Shown here: positions 1 to 9,927 of the stretch, piece by piece
Numbering within the stretch: the first letter of the stretch is position 1
Layout: each line of letters opens with the position of its first letter
Assembly (NCBI GenBank): GCA_965243135.1
Contig: OZ251539.1
Location: forward strand, 1,440,001 to 1,504,000
Reading direction: 5' to 3'
DNA: 64,000 nt
Origin: Alphaproteobacteria bacterium
Lineage (GTDB): Bacteria > Pseudomonadota > Alphaproteobacteria > MPNO01 > UBA830
The notes under the pieces: model-generated
The model's input: only the letters and a program-made list of their open reading frames with translations
Told to the model about the DNA's origin: nothing
The model's database searches: none
Made by a program: the position numbers and the translations under genes

Positions 1-1622
1 CCCTCCAGGACGAGCTGTTCGTCCTGCGGTCCGAGGCGGCGCTGATCGGCTACGTCGTCGTGCCGCTGACGGTCGAAGCGATCCGGCGCACCGCCGGATG
101 GAGCCTGACCTCCATCGTGCTGGTCTTCCTCGTCTACGCGGTGCTCGGGCACCACGTGCCCGGCCTCCTCCAGGCGAGCGAGAACTCCGTCGAGTACCTT
201 TCCTCCACCCTGATCGGCGACAGCGTGGCGGTGCTCGGGCTGCCGCTCACCATCGTCGTGATCGTCGTGCTGCCCTTCGTCTTCTTCGGCCAGCTGCTTC
301 TCAAGGGAGGCGGGTCCGAGTGGCTGACGGACATCGCGACTGCGGCGATCGGGCGTTCGCGCGGCGGTTCGGCCAAGATCGCCGTGGTCGCGTCCGGGCT
401 GTTCGGGGCGATTTCCGGGACCGCCGTGTCCAACGTCGCCTCGACCGGCCTGATCACCATCCCGCTGATGAAGCGCGGCGGATACGAGCCGAAAGTCGCC
501 GGAGCCTTCGAGGCGGTCGCCTCGACCGGCGGGCAGATCATGCCCCCGATCATGGGCGCCGCCGCCTTTCTCATGGCCGAGATTCTGGAGATCGGCTATC
601 CGGAAGTCGTGATCGCCGCCGTCGTGCCGGCCCTTCTGTATTACGTCGCGGTCTTCGTCTACGCGGATCTTGAAGCCGCGAAGAAAAACATCCTGCCCGT
701 GCCCGAGCACCTGATTCCGCCGGTCGCGGCCACGCTGAAGCAAGGCTGGTTCTTCGTCGCGCCTTTCGCGATCCTCGTCTACGCGCTGTTCGCCCTCAAC
801 CGGCCGCCGGAAACGGCGGCGCTGTGGTCGGGGATCTCGGTCATCGCCATCAACTGGATCTTCGGCTACAAGGGAAATCGCGTCCGCCCGGTCCAAATCT
901 TTAGGGCGATACGGGACACCGGCGTTCGGGGCGGAAGCGAGATCGTCATAATTGGCGCGATGGCCGGCACGATCATCGGCATTCTCGGCGCGACGGGCCT
1001 CGGCGAGGCGCTGACGCAGGCGCTGGTCACGCTCGGCGAAGGGAACCTCGCGGTGCTGCTCGCGCTCACCGCGGTGATCTGCATCGTCCTCGGCATGGGC
1101 ATGCCGACGACCGCGATCTACCTCCTGGTGTCGATCATCGCCGCGCCGCCGCTGATCCAGCTCGGCATCAATCCGCTCGCCGCCCACATGTACGTGTTTT
1201 ATTTCGGCATCGTCTCGCTGATCACGCCGCCCGTGGCCATCGCCGCGTTCGTCGCCGCCAATCTGGCCGGCGCGAGCCCGATGTCGACGGCGATCACCGC
1301 GGTGCGCCTCGGCTGGACCGCCCTCGTCGTGCCGGTCATGTTCATCATGTCGCCGAACCTGATCATGCAGGGGAGCGCGGTCGACGTCGCGCTCGCCTTC
1401 GTCACCGCCGTCGCGGGCGTCTGGGTGACGACCTGCGGCATTCAGGGGTATTTCCGGCGTCCGCTGGGCCCGTTGCCGCGGCTCGCCTTCGTCTTCGGCG
1501 GCCTCATGCTTCTCGTGCCGGCCGAAGCGTTCGAGAACGCCGTCTACGTCGAACTGGCCGGTCTCGCGATCAGCGCGCTGTCCGTGGGCCGCGAACTGGC
1601 GGCGAGCCGGAAGCCCGCCTGA
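1..1622 (+). CDS. TRAP transporter fused permease (4TM/12TM, DctM-like), 5' end outside window
   Basis: Very hydrophobic. Motifs GAISGTAVSNV, ASTGGQIMPPIMGAAAFLMAE, GMGMPTT and ITPPVA. Frame is open back to the window start. Confidence 0.9.
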   Translation, partial: LQDELFVLRSEAALIGYVVVPLTVEAIRRTAGWSLTSIVLVFLVYAVLGHHVPGLLQASENSVEYLSSTLIGDSVAVLGLPLTIVVIVVLPFVFFGQLLLKGGGSEWLTDIATAAIGRSRGGSAKIAVVASGLFGAISGTAVSNVASTGLITIPLMKRGGYEPKVAGAFEAVASTGGQIMPPIMGAAAFLMAEILEIGYPEVVIAAVVPALLYYVAVFVYADLEAAKKNILPVPEHLIPPVAATLKQGWFFVAPFAILVYALFALNRPPETAALWSGISVIAINWIFGYKGNRVRPVQIFRAIRDTGVRGGSEIVIIGAMAGTIIGILGATGLGEALTQALVTLGEGNLAVLLALTAVICIVLGMGMPTTAIYLLVSIIAAPPLIQLGINPLAAHMYVFYFGIVSLITPPVAIAAFVAANLAGASPMSTAITAVRLGWTALVVPVMFIMSPNLIMQGSAVDVALAFVTAVAGVWVTTCGIQGYFRRPLGPLPRLAFVFGGLMLLVPAEAFENAVYVELAGLAISALSVGRELAASRKPA

Positions 1623-1639
1623 CGCCTCGCGAGGGACCG

Positions 1640-2887
1640 ATGACGGAACCGCGGCAATTCACCGTTCTCGGCGCGGGCGTCGTCGGCCTGTGCTGCGCCG
1701 TCTGGCTGCAGCGCGACGGTCACCGCGTCGTCCTCGTCGACCGCGCGGAACCCGGCGCCGGCACGTCCTTCGGCAACGCCGGCCTTATACAGATCGACGC
1801 GGTCGTTCCGATCGCCACCCCCGGGATCCTGCGCCATGTGCCGCGCATGCTGCTCGATCCGACCGGACCGCTGGTTCTCCGCTGGCGCTATCTTCCCCGC
1901 ATCCTGCCATGGCTCGCGCGGTTCGCGCTGGCGGCTCGTCCGGCGAGCGTCGAGCGGATCTCGGCTTCCCTGGCTTCGCTGCTCGATCGGGCCAACGCGG
2001 ACTGGCTGACCCTGATCGCGGAGGCGGACGCGCAGGATCTCTGGCGGCGGACCGGCGAGCTGTGGGTCTACCGGAAGAAGGAAGCGTGGGAGAGAGCGCG
2101 GGCTTCGCACGCATTGCGCCGCCGCCGCGTCCCCGGCCTTCAGGACCTGACGCTGGAGGAGATGCGCCAGCTCGAACCGGCGCTGGCGCGCGGCCTCCAT
2201 GCCGGCGTGTTCACGCCGGACGCCAATTCCGTCAGCCATCCGCTTCATTTGTCGCGGAAGCTCGCCGAGCTGTTCCGGCGCAACGGCGGCGCGTTCGTGC
2301 GCGAGAACGTCCTCCGGATCGAGACCGGGCCCGGCGGCGCGCCGGACCGGCTGATCACCGATTCGGGATCTCGCGGCGTGGACGCCCTGGTGATCGCCGC
2401 CGGCGCGTTCTCCCGGCCTTTCGCGAGGTCGGTCGGAACGAAGTTGCCGCTCGACACCGAGCGCGGCTATCATCTGTGGCTGCCGGATCCCGGTGTCGAA
2501 CTGCGCCGTCCGGTGTTGGTCGGCGACCACCAGTTCGGCATCGTGCCGATGACCGGCGGCGTCAGGCTGGCGGGCACCGCGGAACTGGCGGGGCTCGACC
2601 TGCCGCCGTACTGGCGGCGCGCCGACATTCTGGGCGAACTCGCGAAGCCCTTCGTCCCGGGACTCAATCTCGAGGGAGCGGAACGCTGGATGGGATATCG
2701 CCCGTCGATGCCCGACAGCCTGCCGGTCGTGGCGCGCGCGCCGGGGCATGAAGACGTCTACCTGGCCTTCGGCCACGGTCATCTCGGCCTCACGCTGGCC
2801 GCGGCGACCGGCAGGCTGATCGCCGACCTCGCCGCCGGCCGGACGCCGGCGGTCGACCCCGCGCCGTTCCGCGCCGGGCGGTTCTGA
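1640..2887 (+). CDS. FAD-dependent oxidoreductase, D-amino acid dehydrogenase (DadA/DAO) family
   Basis: GAGVVG Rossmann motif, TSFGNAG, WMGYRP..PDSLPV, GHGHLGLT. Confidence 0.88.
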   Translation: MTEPRQFTVLGAGVVGLCCAVWLQRDGHRVVLVDRAEPGAGTSFGNAGLIQIDAVVPIATPGILRHVPRMLLDPTGPLVLRWRYLPRILPWLARFALAARPASVERISASLASLLDRANADWLTLIAEADAQDLWRRTGELWVYRKKEAWERARASHALRRRRVPGLQDLTLEEMRQLEPALARGLHAGVFTPDANSVSHPLHLSRKLAELFRRNGGAFVRENVLRIETGPGGAPDRLITDSGSRGVDALVIAAGAFSRPFARSVGTKLPLDTERGYHLWLPDPGVELRRPVLVGDHQFGIVPMTGGVRLAGTAELAGLDLPPYWRRADILGELAKPFVPGLNLEGAERWMGYRPSMPDSLPVVARAPGHEDVYLAFGHGHLGLTLAAATGRLIADLAAGRTPAVDPAPFRAGRF

Positions 2888-3954
2888 TGCTGATCCGGCG
2901 CGACGCGCTCGCCCGGCTGGCCGCCGCCGTGTTCGAGCGCATGGGAAGTCCGCCCGGCGAGGCGTCGCTCGTCGCGGAGTCGCTCGTCGTCGCGAACCTC
3001 ATGGGCCACGACAGCCACGGCGTCGGACTCGTGCCGACCTATGCCGACCATTTCAGGCGCGGCCTGCTCAAGCCGGGAACCGCGGCGAGACTCCTCAAGG
3101 ACGACGGCGCCCTCATGGCCTTCGACGGCGAACGCGGGTTCGGCCGCCGGGTCGGAGGGGAGGCGATGGAGCGGGCGGCGGCGCGTTGCCGCGAAACCGG
3201 AATCGCGCTTCTGACGTTGCGCCGCGCCCATCATCTCGGCCGCATCGGCGCTTACGGCGAGATCGCCATGGAAGCCGGCATGGTCTCGATTCATTTCGTC
3301 AACGTGATCGACCACCCGCCGTCGGTCGCGCCCTGGGGCGGCTCGGAAGCGCGCTTCGTCACCAACCCGGTCTGCATCGCGGTTCCAGGCACCGAACGAA
3401 CGCCGCCGACCTTGCTCGACATGGCCACCAGCCGCATCGCCCTCGGCAAGGCGCGCGTCGCGATGACGCGGGGCGAAACGCTGGAGGAGGGGCTCGCGGT
3501 CGACGCAGAGGGGCGTCCGACGAGCGATCCGGGAGTGATGTTCTCGGAACCGCGCGGCGCCCTGCTGCCCTTCGGCCGGCACAAGGGGTCGGGCCTCGCG
3601 CTCGTCTGCGAACTGCTCGCGGGCGGCCTCTCCGGCGGCGGCACCGTACAGCCCGGCAACCCCCGCCGGGAGAGCATCGTCAACAACATGCTCGCCGTTC
3701 TGATCGATCCCGCGCGGCTGGTGGATCTCGACTGGCTGCGTTCGGAGATCGACGCGACGGTCTCCTACGTCAAGTCGGCGAAAGCGGCCGACCCCGCGAA
3801 CCCGGTGATCGTCGCCGGAGATTCGGAGCGGCGCAGCATGCGGGAGCGGACGGCCTCCGGCGTGGAAATCGACGACGCCGCGTGGGCTGAAATTCTGGAC
3901 GCGGGAGAAGCCCTCGGACTGGCGCGCGGGGACATGGAGGGCATGGCGGGGTGA
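2887..3954 (+). CDS. Ldh_2 (malate/L-lactate/ureidoglycolate dehydrogenase) family oxidoreductase, YbiC/HcxB-like
   Basis: GHDSHG, HHLGRIG, TNP, LDMATS, HKGSGL. Start overlaps the upstream stop. Confidence 0.85.
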   Translation: MLIRRDALARLAAAVFERMGSPPGEASLVAESLVVANLMGHDSHGVGLVPTYADHFRRGLLKPGTAARLLKDDGALMAFDGERGFGRRVGGEAMERAAARCRETGIALLTLRRAHHLGRIGAYGEIAMEAGMVSIHFVNVIDHPPSVAPWGGSEARFVTNPVCIAVPGTERTPPTLLDMATSRIALGKARVAMTRGETLEEGLAVDAEGRPTSDPGVMFSEPRGALLPFGRHKGSGLALVCELLAGGLSGGGTVQPGNPRRESIVNNMLAVLIDPARLVDLDWLRSEIDATVSYVKSAKAADPANPVIVAGDSERRSMRERTASGVEIDDAAWAEILDAGEALGLARGDMEGMAG

Positions 3955-4026
3955 ACCCCGTTCGCCGGGTCGCGTTGCGCGCTTCGTTGAGTTACCCTGC
4001 GGCCGGAACAAGACGGGATCCGTAAG

Positions 4027-5022
4027 ATGGCGCGCGACATTTCGATCACGATGGCGGCGGGCAACATGGACAGGCTGGCCGCGATCAGGGACGGCCGCGT
4101 GAAGGTGGAGGGATGCGACGTCACCTTCATTCCCATGGAGCCCGAAGAGGTCTTCTTCCGCGCCTTTCGCTACGCCGAGTTCGATTGTTGCGAGCTTTCC
4201 TTCTCGAGCTACATCCGCGTCGCGTCCCAGGGGAAGAGCGAATACGTCGGCGTGCCGGCTTTCGTCAGCCGCGTGTTCCGCCATTCCGGCTTCTATATCC
4301 GCACCGACCGGGGCATCAGGACGCCGGAGGACTTGCGGGGCAGGCTGGTGGGCGTGCCCGAATACCAGATGACGGCGCCGGTCTGGATGCGCGGCATCCT
4401 CGAGGACGAATACGGCGTGAAGCCGACCGAAATAAAGTGGCGGTCCGGCGGCCAGGAGGAGCCGGGACGCGACGAGCGCACCCCGTTCGAGCCGCCGCCG
4501 GGCCTCGACCTCCAGCCGATACCCGAAGACCGCACGCTGGTCGACATGTTCGAAGCGGGGGAGCTCGACGCACTGACCACCGCGCGCGCGCCGTCGAGCT
4601 TCACGTCGGGAAAGCCGAACGTCGGACGCCTGTTCCCGGATTTCCGGACCGTCGAGAAGGAATATTACAGAAAAACCCGGATGTTTCCGATCATGCACCT
4701 GATGGGGGTGCGAAAGGATCTCGCGGAGAAGCATCCGTGGTTGCCCGGCAGCGTCTACAAGGCGCTGCTGGCGGCTCGCGACGTCGCTTACGAGGACGTC
4801 GCGAGGACGGCGGCGCTGAGCGTCACGTTGCCCTGGGTCGACGCCGAACGGCGCGATACCGTCGAACTGATGGGCGCGGACTACTGGCGTTACGGCGTCG
4901 AGGAATGCCGCCACGAGATCGAGGCGCTCGCGCGCTATTCCTTCGGTCACGGCCTTTCGGAGCGGCGGATGACGCCGGAGGAACTGTTCGCGGAATCGAC
5001 TTTCGAACTGTCGAAGATCTGA
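4027..5022 (+). CDS. 4,5-dihydroxyphthalate decarboxylase-like protein (periplasmic-binding-protein fold)
   Basis: ELSFSSY, SRVFRHS, GVPEYQMTAPVWMRGIL, FPIMH. No signal peptide. Confidence 0.75.
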   Translation: MARDISITMAAGNMDRLAAIRDGRVKVEGCDVTFIPMEPEEVFFRAFRYAEFDCCELSFSSYIRVASQGKSEYVGVPAFVSRVFRHSGFYIRTDRGIRTPEDLRGRLVGVPEYQMTAPVWMRGILEDEYGVKPTEIKWRSGGQEEPGRDERTPFEPPPGLDLQPIPEDRTLVDMFEAGELDALTTARAPSSFTSGKPNVGRLFPDFRTVEKEYYRKTRMFPIMHLMGVRKDLAEKHPWLPGSVYKALLAARDVAYEDVARTAALSVTLPWVDAERRDTVELMGADYWRYGVEECRHEIEALARYSFGHGLSERRMTPEELFAESTFELSKI

Positions 5023-5041
5023 ACCGGGAGAGGGCGCGACC

Positions 5042-6256
5042 GTGGAACTGCCGTCCAGCGACGACCTCTACGCTCTCAAGGTCGACGGGTTCGACACCGC
5101 CAGGCTGCTGACGAACGCGGCACGCCAACGGGACGAGCGCGGCCTCGGAGACGTCTTCGTCGTCGATGCGGATTCGCATCACTACGAGACGGAGTCCGTG
5201 GGCGAGCTGCTCGATTACATCGAAGATCCGGTGATGAAGCAGCTGTCCCGGTCGGCGCTCGGCGTGGCGCGGAAGTCGCGCGGCTTTCCCTATTCGCGGG
5301 TCGGCTATCAGGACATGGGCGGGCGGATCACGCGCGAGCCGCTGCGCGGCCTGGAAGCCACGGCTCCGGCCGACGGCCATCGGGACGTCCAACTGGCGCT
5401 CCGGAGAATGGACGCCATGGGCGTCGACGTCGCGGTCCTGTTGCCCACGCCCATGATGCTCATGGGCATGCATCCCCAGGTCGAGTTCGAAGCGCAGATC
5501 GGACTCGCCTACAACCGGTGGATGGTCGAGAAGGTGCTGCCCGGGTCGGCCCGCCTGAAGTCCTTCGCGTACCTGCCGTTCAACGATCCGGAGATGGCGT
5601 TCCGCATCGTTCGCGAGTTCGCCGGCGAACCGGACATCCTGGGTTTCCTGATCGCGTCGGTGCGGCGCAACGCGGTGCACGACAACCTCTACGCGAAGAC
5701 GTACGCGGCCATACAGGAATCGGGCAAGGTGCTCGGGTTCCACACCGGGTACGACTGGGACGATCCCACCTTCGGCAGCCCCAGCCGTTTCGTCGCCGTG
5801 CAAGCCATTGGATATCCCTTCTACAACGTCGTCCATTGCGTGAACTGGCTTTGCAACGGCATGAACGAGCGTTTTCCGGAGATCAAGGTGCTGTGGATGG
5901 AGGGCGGCCTCGCCTGGGTCACCTGGGTCATGCAGCGCATCGATTCCGAATACCGCATGCGGTCTTCGGAGGTTCCCGGACTCAGGAAGCTTCCAAGCCA
6001 TTACATGCGCGACATGTACTACACGTCCCAGCCTCTGGAGGCGGGAGACGGCTATCTGCTGGAGCAGACCCTGAAGGCCGTCGACGCCGAGGAACGGGTT
6101 CTCTACGCTTCGAATTACCCGTTGTCCGACATGGACGTGCCGTCCGTCGTCTGGGACCTCGATTGCCTGGACGAGCGCGCGAAGCGAAACGTTCTGGGCG
6201 AGAACGCCCGGCGGCTCTTCGGATTATCCCCCGCGCCACAAGGAGACAGCGCATGA
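5042..6256 (+). CDS. Amidohydrolase_2 family protein
   Basis: DADSH metal motif, AYNRW, LGFH, ERFP..K..W.EGG, ENARRL. Confidence 0.8.
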   Translation: MELPSSDDLYALKVDGFDTARLLTNAARQRDERGLGDVFVVDADSHHYETESVGELLDYIEDPVMKQLSRSALGVARKSRGFPYSRVGYQDMGGRITREPLRGLEATAPADGHRDVQLALRRMDAMGVDVAVLLPTPMMLMGMHPQVEFEAQIGLAYNRWMVEKVLPGSARLKSFAYLPFNDPEMAFRIVREFAGEPDILGFLIASVRRNAVHDNLYAKTYAAIQESGKVLGFHTGYDWDDPTFGSPSRFVAVQAIGYPFYNVVHCVNWLCNGMNERFPEIKVLWMEGGLAWVTWVMQRIDSEYRMRSSEVPGLRKLPSHYMRDMYYTSQPLEAGDGYLLEQTLKAVDAEERVLYASNYPLSDMDVPSVVWDLDCLDERAKRNVLGENARRLFGLSPAPQGDSA

Positions 6257-6861
6257 TCAAGCTCGTCGGCACGTATAAGTCGCCTTTCACCCGCCGGGTG
6301 GCGGCGTCCGCCCGTATTCTCGGGATCCAGTTCGAGCACGTTTCCTTGTCGACGCTGACCGATGTCGAGGAGATCCGCAAGCACAATCCCATGGGCCTCG
6401 TGCCGGTGCTTGTCCTGGAGGACGGAACCTCGCTGATCGACAGCGGGGCCATCCTCGACTGGCTCGACCAGGAGGCGGAGATGGCGCGCCGTCTGGTGCC
6501 GCCGATGGGCATCGAAAGGCGAAACGTTCTGCAGATGACGGCATGGGCGACGGCGGCGGGGGACAAGACCGTCGCCGCCTATTACGAACTGACCCGTCGG
6601 CCCGAGGACAAGATCCACTATCCCACGGTCGACGGCAACGTGAGGCAGGTCGTCGAAGCGTTCAGCATGCTCGACCGGGTTCCCGGCGACACCTGGCTTT
6701 CTCCGGGGCGCATCACTCAGGCCGACGTATCCGCAGTGGTCTTTTTCGATTTCGCTGCGAGGGTTCTCGGCGACCGCTTCGAAAGCGGCGCTTTTTCCCG
6801 CCTGGGATCGCTGCGCAAGTTTCTCTACGGAACCTTGCCGGTTTTCGAGGAGACGGCATGA
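6253..6861 (+). CDS. Glutathione S-transferase family protein
   Basis: SPFTRRV, NPMGLVPVL, IDSGAI. ATGA overlap with the upstream gene; AGGAG RBS. Confidence 0.85.
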   Translation: MIKLVGTYKSPFTRRVAASARILGIQFEHVSLSTLTDVEEIRKHNPMGLVPVLVLEDGTSLIDSGAILDWLDQEAEMARRLVPPMGIERRNVLQMTAWATAAGDKTVAAYYELTRRPEDKIHYPTVDGNVRQVVEAFSMLDRVPGDTWLSPGRITQADVSAVVFFDFAARVLGDRFESGAFSRLGSLRKFLYGTLPVFEETA

Positions 6862-7724
6862 TCCGGATCGGAAGCGCCGCGGTCGACGGCGTTCTCGAAT
6901 GGGCGGGATCCTATCGCGATCCTCTGGAAATGTACCCCGACGCCACGCGCGAGGCGGTCGAACGGCACCGCGCGTGGCTGGAGCCCGGCAGCCTCGATCC
7001 GGAATCGGGCGCGCTCGTCATGGCGTTCCAGAGCTATCTGCTTCGCACGGACCGGCTCACGATCCTGATCGACACCTGCGTCGGCAACGACAAGAACCGG
7101 CCTTTGCGGCCCAATTGGCATCGTCAGAACTGGCCGTGGATGGATAATTTGCGCGCCTGCGGAATTACGCCGGAAGAGATCGACGTCGTGCTGTGCACCC
7201 ATCTTCACACCGATCACGTAGGTTGGAACACGCGCCTTCAGGACGGCCGATGGACGCCGACCTTTCCCAACGCCAGATATCTGTTCCACGAAAAGGAATA
7301 CGCTTACTGGCAACAGGAATACCGCAGGCAGGAATGGTTGCGCGACGCCTTCGAGGACAGCGTCCTGCCGGTCGTCGAGGCGGGAAGGGCGGTCATGGTG
7401 GCCGGCGACCACGAAATAGATCGCGGACTCTTCCTCGAGCCCGCTCCCGGCCATACGCCGGGCGCCGTCTGCCTTCACCTGAAGGACGGCGGCGAGCACG
7501 CGGTGTTCTGCGGCGATCTGATGCATCACCCGCTTCAGGTGCCGGAAGCGCAATGGTCCAGCATCTTCTGCACTGATCCCGATCTGTCGCGACGGACCCG
7601 CATGGCGTTCGTCGACCGTTTCGCGGAGACGGACAGCATGGTGTTGCCGGCTCATTTCGTCGCCGGGGGGCGCATCGTCGCCGGCGGGCCGGACGGCAAG
7701 CCGACGTTCCGCTTCGCCGCGTAG
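6858..7724 (+). CDS. MBL-fold metallo-hydrolase (lactonase-like)
   Basis: THLHTDHVG, PGHTPG, GDLMHHP, PAHF. Confidence 0.88.
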   Translation: MIRIGSAAVDGVLEWAGSYRDPLEMYPDATREAVERHRAWLEPGSLDPESGALVMAFQSYLLRTDRLTILIDTCVGNDKNRPLRPNWHRQNWPWMDNLRACGITPEEIDVVLCTHLHTDHVGWNTRLQDGRWTPTFPNARYLFHEKEYAYWQQEYRRQEWLRDAFEDSVLPVVEAGRAVMVAGDHEIDRGLFLEPAPGHTPGAVCLHLKDGGEHAVFCGDLMHHPLQVPEAQWSSIFCTDPDLSRRTRMAFVDRFAETDSMVLPAHFVAGGRIVAGGPDGKPTFRFAA

Positions 7725-7737
7725 CGAGGGCGCGGCG

Positions 7738-8640
7738 TTGGCGGAGGTCGGCTTCATCGGACTCGGAAACATGGGCGCGGCGCTGGCCCGGCGGCTGCTT
7801 CGCGAACATCGGCTTTGCGTATGGGACCTGAATCCGGAAGCGGTCGGGCGGCTGCGGGGGGAGGGCGCCGTCGCCGCGAACGGGCCTGCCGGCGTCGCGG
7901 CGGCGGGCGCGAACATGGTCGTGACCTGCCTGCCGACATCGGCGGAGGTCGAGGAAGTGCTGTTCGGAGACGGCGGCGTCGCTGCGTCGCTGTCCCCCGG
8001 ATCCCTCGTGGTGGACATGACGACCGGCGATCCGCTGGCGACGACGAGAATGGCCGCCCGGTTGGCCGAACGTGACGTCGAATTGGTCGATGCGCCGGTC
8101 TCGGGCGGAGTCGCAGGCGCCAGGAAAGGAAGCGTCGCCATCATGGTCGGCGGGCCGCAGGCGCGTTACGAACGCGCGCGGGCGGTTCTTGAGACGATCA
8201 GCCCCAATGTCTTTCATGCCGGCGACATCGGAGCCGGGCATGCGATGAAGCTGATCAACAATATGATCTCGTCCTGCGCGCGCATTGCGACTTTCGAGGG
8301 ACTAGCGCTCGCGGTGAAGGCGGGACTCGATCCGCGACGTTTTGCCGATATCCTGTCGAAATGCACGGGGCGCGGTTACGTCGCCGACACGACGCTGCCG
8401 GATTACGTCATTCCCGGCCGCCGCGATCAGGGCTTCGGGCTGGCGCTGATGTACAAGGACCTGACGCTCGCGACCGGACTCGCGCAAGAATTGAAGGTTC
8501 CCGTTACGGCGGGGGCGCATGCTCGGGAACTGTTCCGCCGGGCGTTGAACGAACTCGGCGACGATGTCGACATCACGCAGCTGGTGCGCATCTTCGAGTG
8601 CGCGGCCAGCGTGGATGTGACGGAGCGCGGAGCGCAGTAG
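7738..8640 (+). CDS. 3-hydroxyisobutyrate dehydrogenase-family NAD(P)-dependent oxidoreductase
   Basis: GFIGLGNMG, DAPVSGG, KLINN, KDL. Confidence 0.85.
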   Translation: MAEVGFIGLGNMGAALARRLLREHRLCVWDLNPEAVGRLRGEGAVAANGPAGVAAAGANMVVTCLPTSAEVEEVLFGDGGVAASLSPGSLVVDMTTGDPLATTRMAARLAERDVELVDAPVSGGVAGARKGSVAIMVGGPQARYERARAVLETISPNVFHAGDIGAGHAMKLINNMISSCARIATFEGLALAVKAGLDPRRFADILSKCTGRGYVADTTLPDYVIPGRRDQGFGLALMYKDLTLATGLAQELKVPVTAGAHARELFRRALNELGDDVDITQLVRIFECAASVDVTERGAQ

Positions 8641-8641
8641 T

Positions 8642-8809
8642 CAGCAGCCGTGGCCGGCGGGGGACGCCTACCGGCGCTACGGGAAGGGTCACCATCCCGC
8701 GGGCCTCAATTTGGGCGATGTCTTCGCTTACGCGCTTGCCCGGCGGAGGAAACTTCCGTTGCCGTTCAAGGGCGGGGATTTCACTCGCACCGATATCGGC
8801 GTAGCTTGA
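8642..8809 (+). pseudogene. vapC: C-terminal fragment of a VapC (PIN) toxin
   Basis: Translates as ..AYRRYGKGHHPAGLNLGDVFAYALARRRKLPLPFKGGDFTRTDI*, matching the VapC C-terminal consensus. No start codon or N-terminal half. Confidence 0.8.
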
Positions 8810-9927
8810 GCGAGACGGTTTTCGGCCCGAAGCTGAAGGTGCGCGAGCCGTCGGCGGAAAGCGGTCCCGCGGCGGCGGCAAGGCAATCTCGAGTTTCCCG
8901 GCGAGTCTCGCAGGATCCGCCGAGGCGAGGCAATGATCGCCTTTCTCGTTGCGCCAGTCCTCGCGCTCGCACAGTTCGCGGACCGGCCGACGCCACCCTC
9001 CCCGTCGACCGCCCTTCGGAGCCACTCGATGCTGTGAAGCCGGCGAAGTCCAACTTGCCTGCGCCGAAAGTAGTGTCACCGATTCGAGGAGTTAACTAAT
9101 CCCTGACGAAAGATCCTGAGCGTTCACCCATGGTGCATCTCCAAATTTTTGGCCCGAAACCCTGACGCCGATTGCTTCGTTGTTCCGTCGCACCGTCGAG
9201 CGCTTTCATTGCGGCGATAAGGCCGAAGCCTTTCCGCTTACCCCCTCCCTCTGAAACCGGCGCGCATTGCGGAGGCGTTCCTTCGTGCACTATTGTCGAC
9301 TCGCGGCAGCAGATGCGTCGTCGATGGCAAGCTTGGCTTCCGTGTCGCCGCTGGTGGCGGGCGGTGAATAACGGCTTCGTACGCACTCCCGCAAGGTCGT
9401 TGTCTTTGAGCCGGTCCAAATTTGCCCCAAGCGGCCTCCCACCGGCTTTGGCAACTCTGCTTCCGCGGCTTCGACAATCGTTCCGGTTTCTCACTCCATA
9501 AACGGACTTGGTTTATGGGCGCGACGAATTCTTCTTTTTGCCGATCAGCCGGGTGTTTCTGTCCCGAACTCGGCGTGCGGAGGCCTCCGCCGTCGTCCGC
9601 AGACGCAACGCATCAATCAGTTTCCGGTCGCGGGTCGCGTTGCCCGACATCTGTCAACGTCTTCAGCGCGGAATGGTCTTGGAAGGCGGAACGTCATTTC
9701 CGCGAGGAAATGCGGTGCAAGCGCCGCTGAGTCGGGAGACCCGAACAGGCAGAGGCGCGTCTTGCCGCCGTACCAGCTACCGGCGGGAGTTCCGTTGGTT
9801 AATGGCCGCCGTCCCCGGCGCGGAATCTCCGGTACCTCAACGGACCATTCTTCGTGCCGCGTTCTGCAGAAACCGCGCTGCCGTAACATCCACGGTACGG
9901 GTTTGGGTTTGTGGTCTCGACGTTGCT

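Noticed and set aside
4027-5022. Phthalate degradation cluster
   Set aside because: No phthalate dioxygenase, reductase or dihydrodiol dehydrogenase nearby; only family-level similarity.
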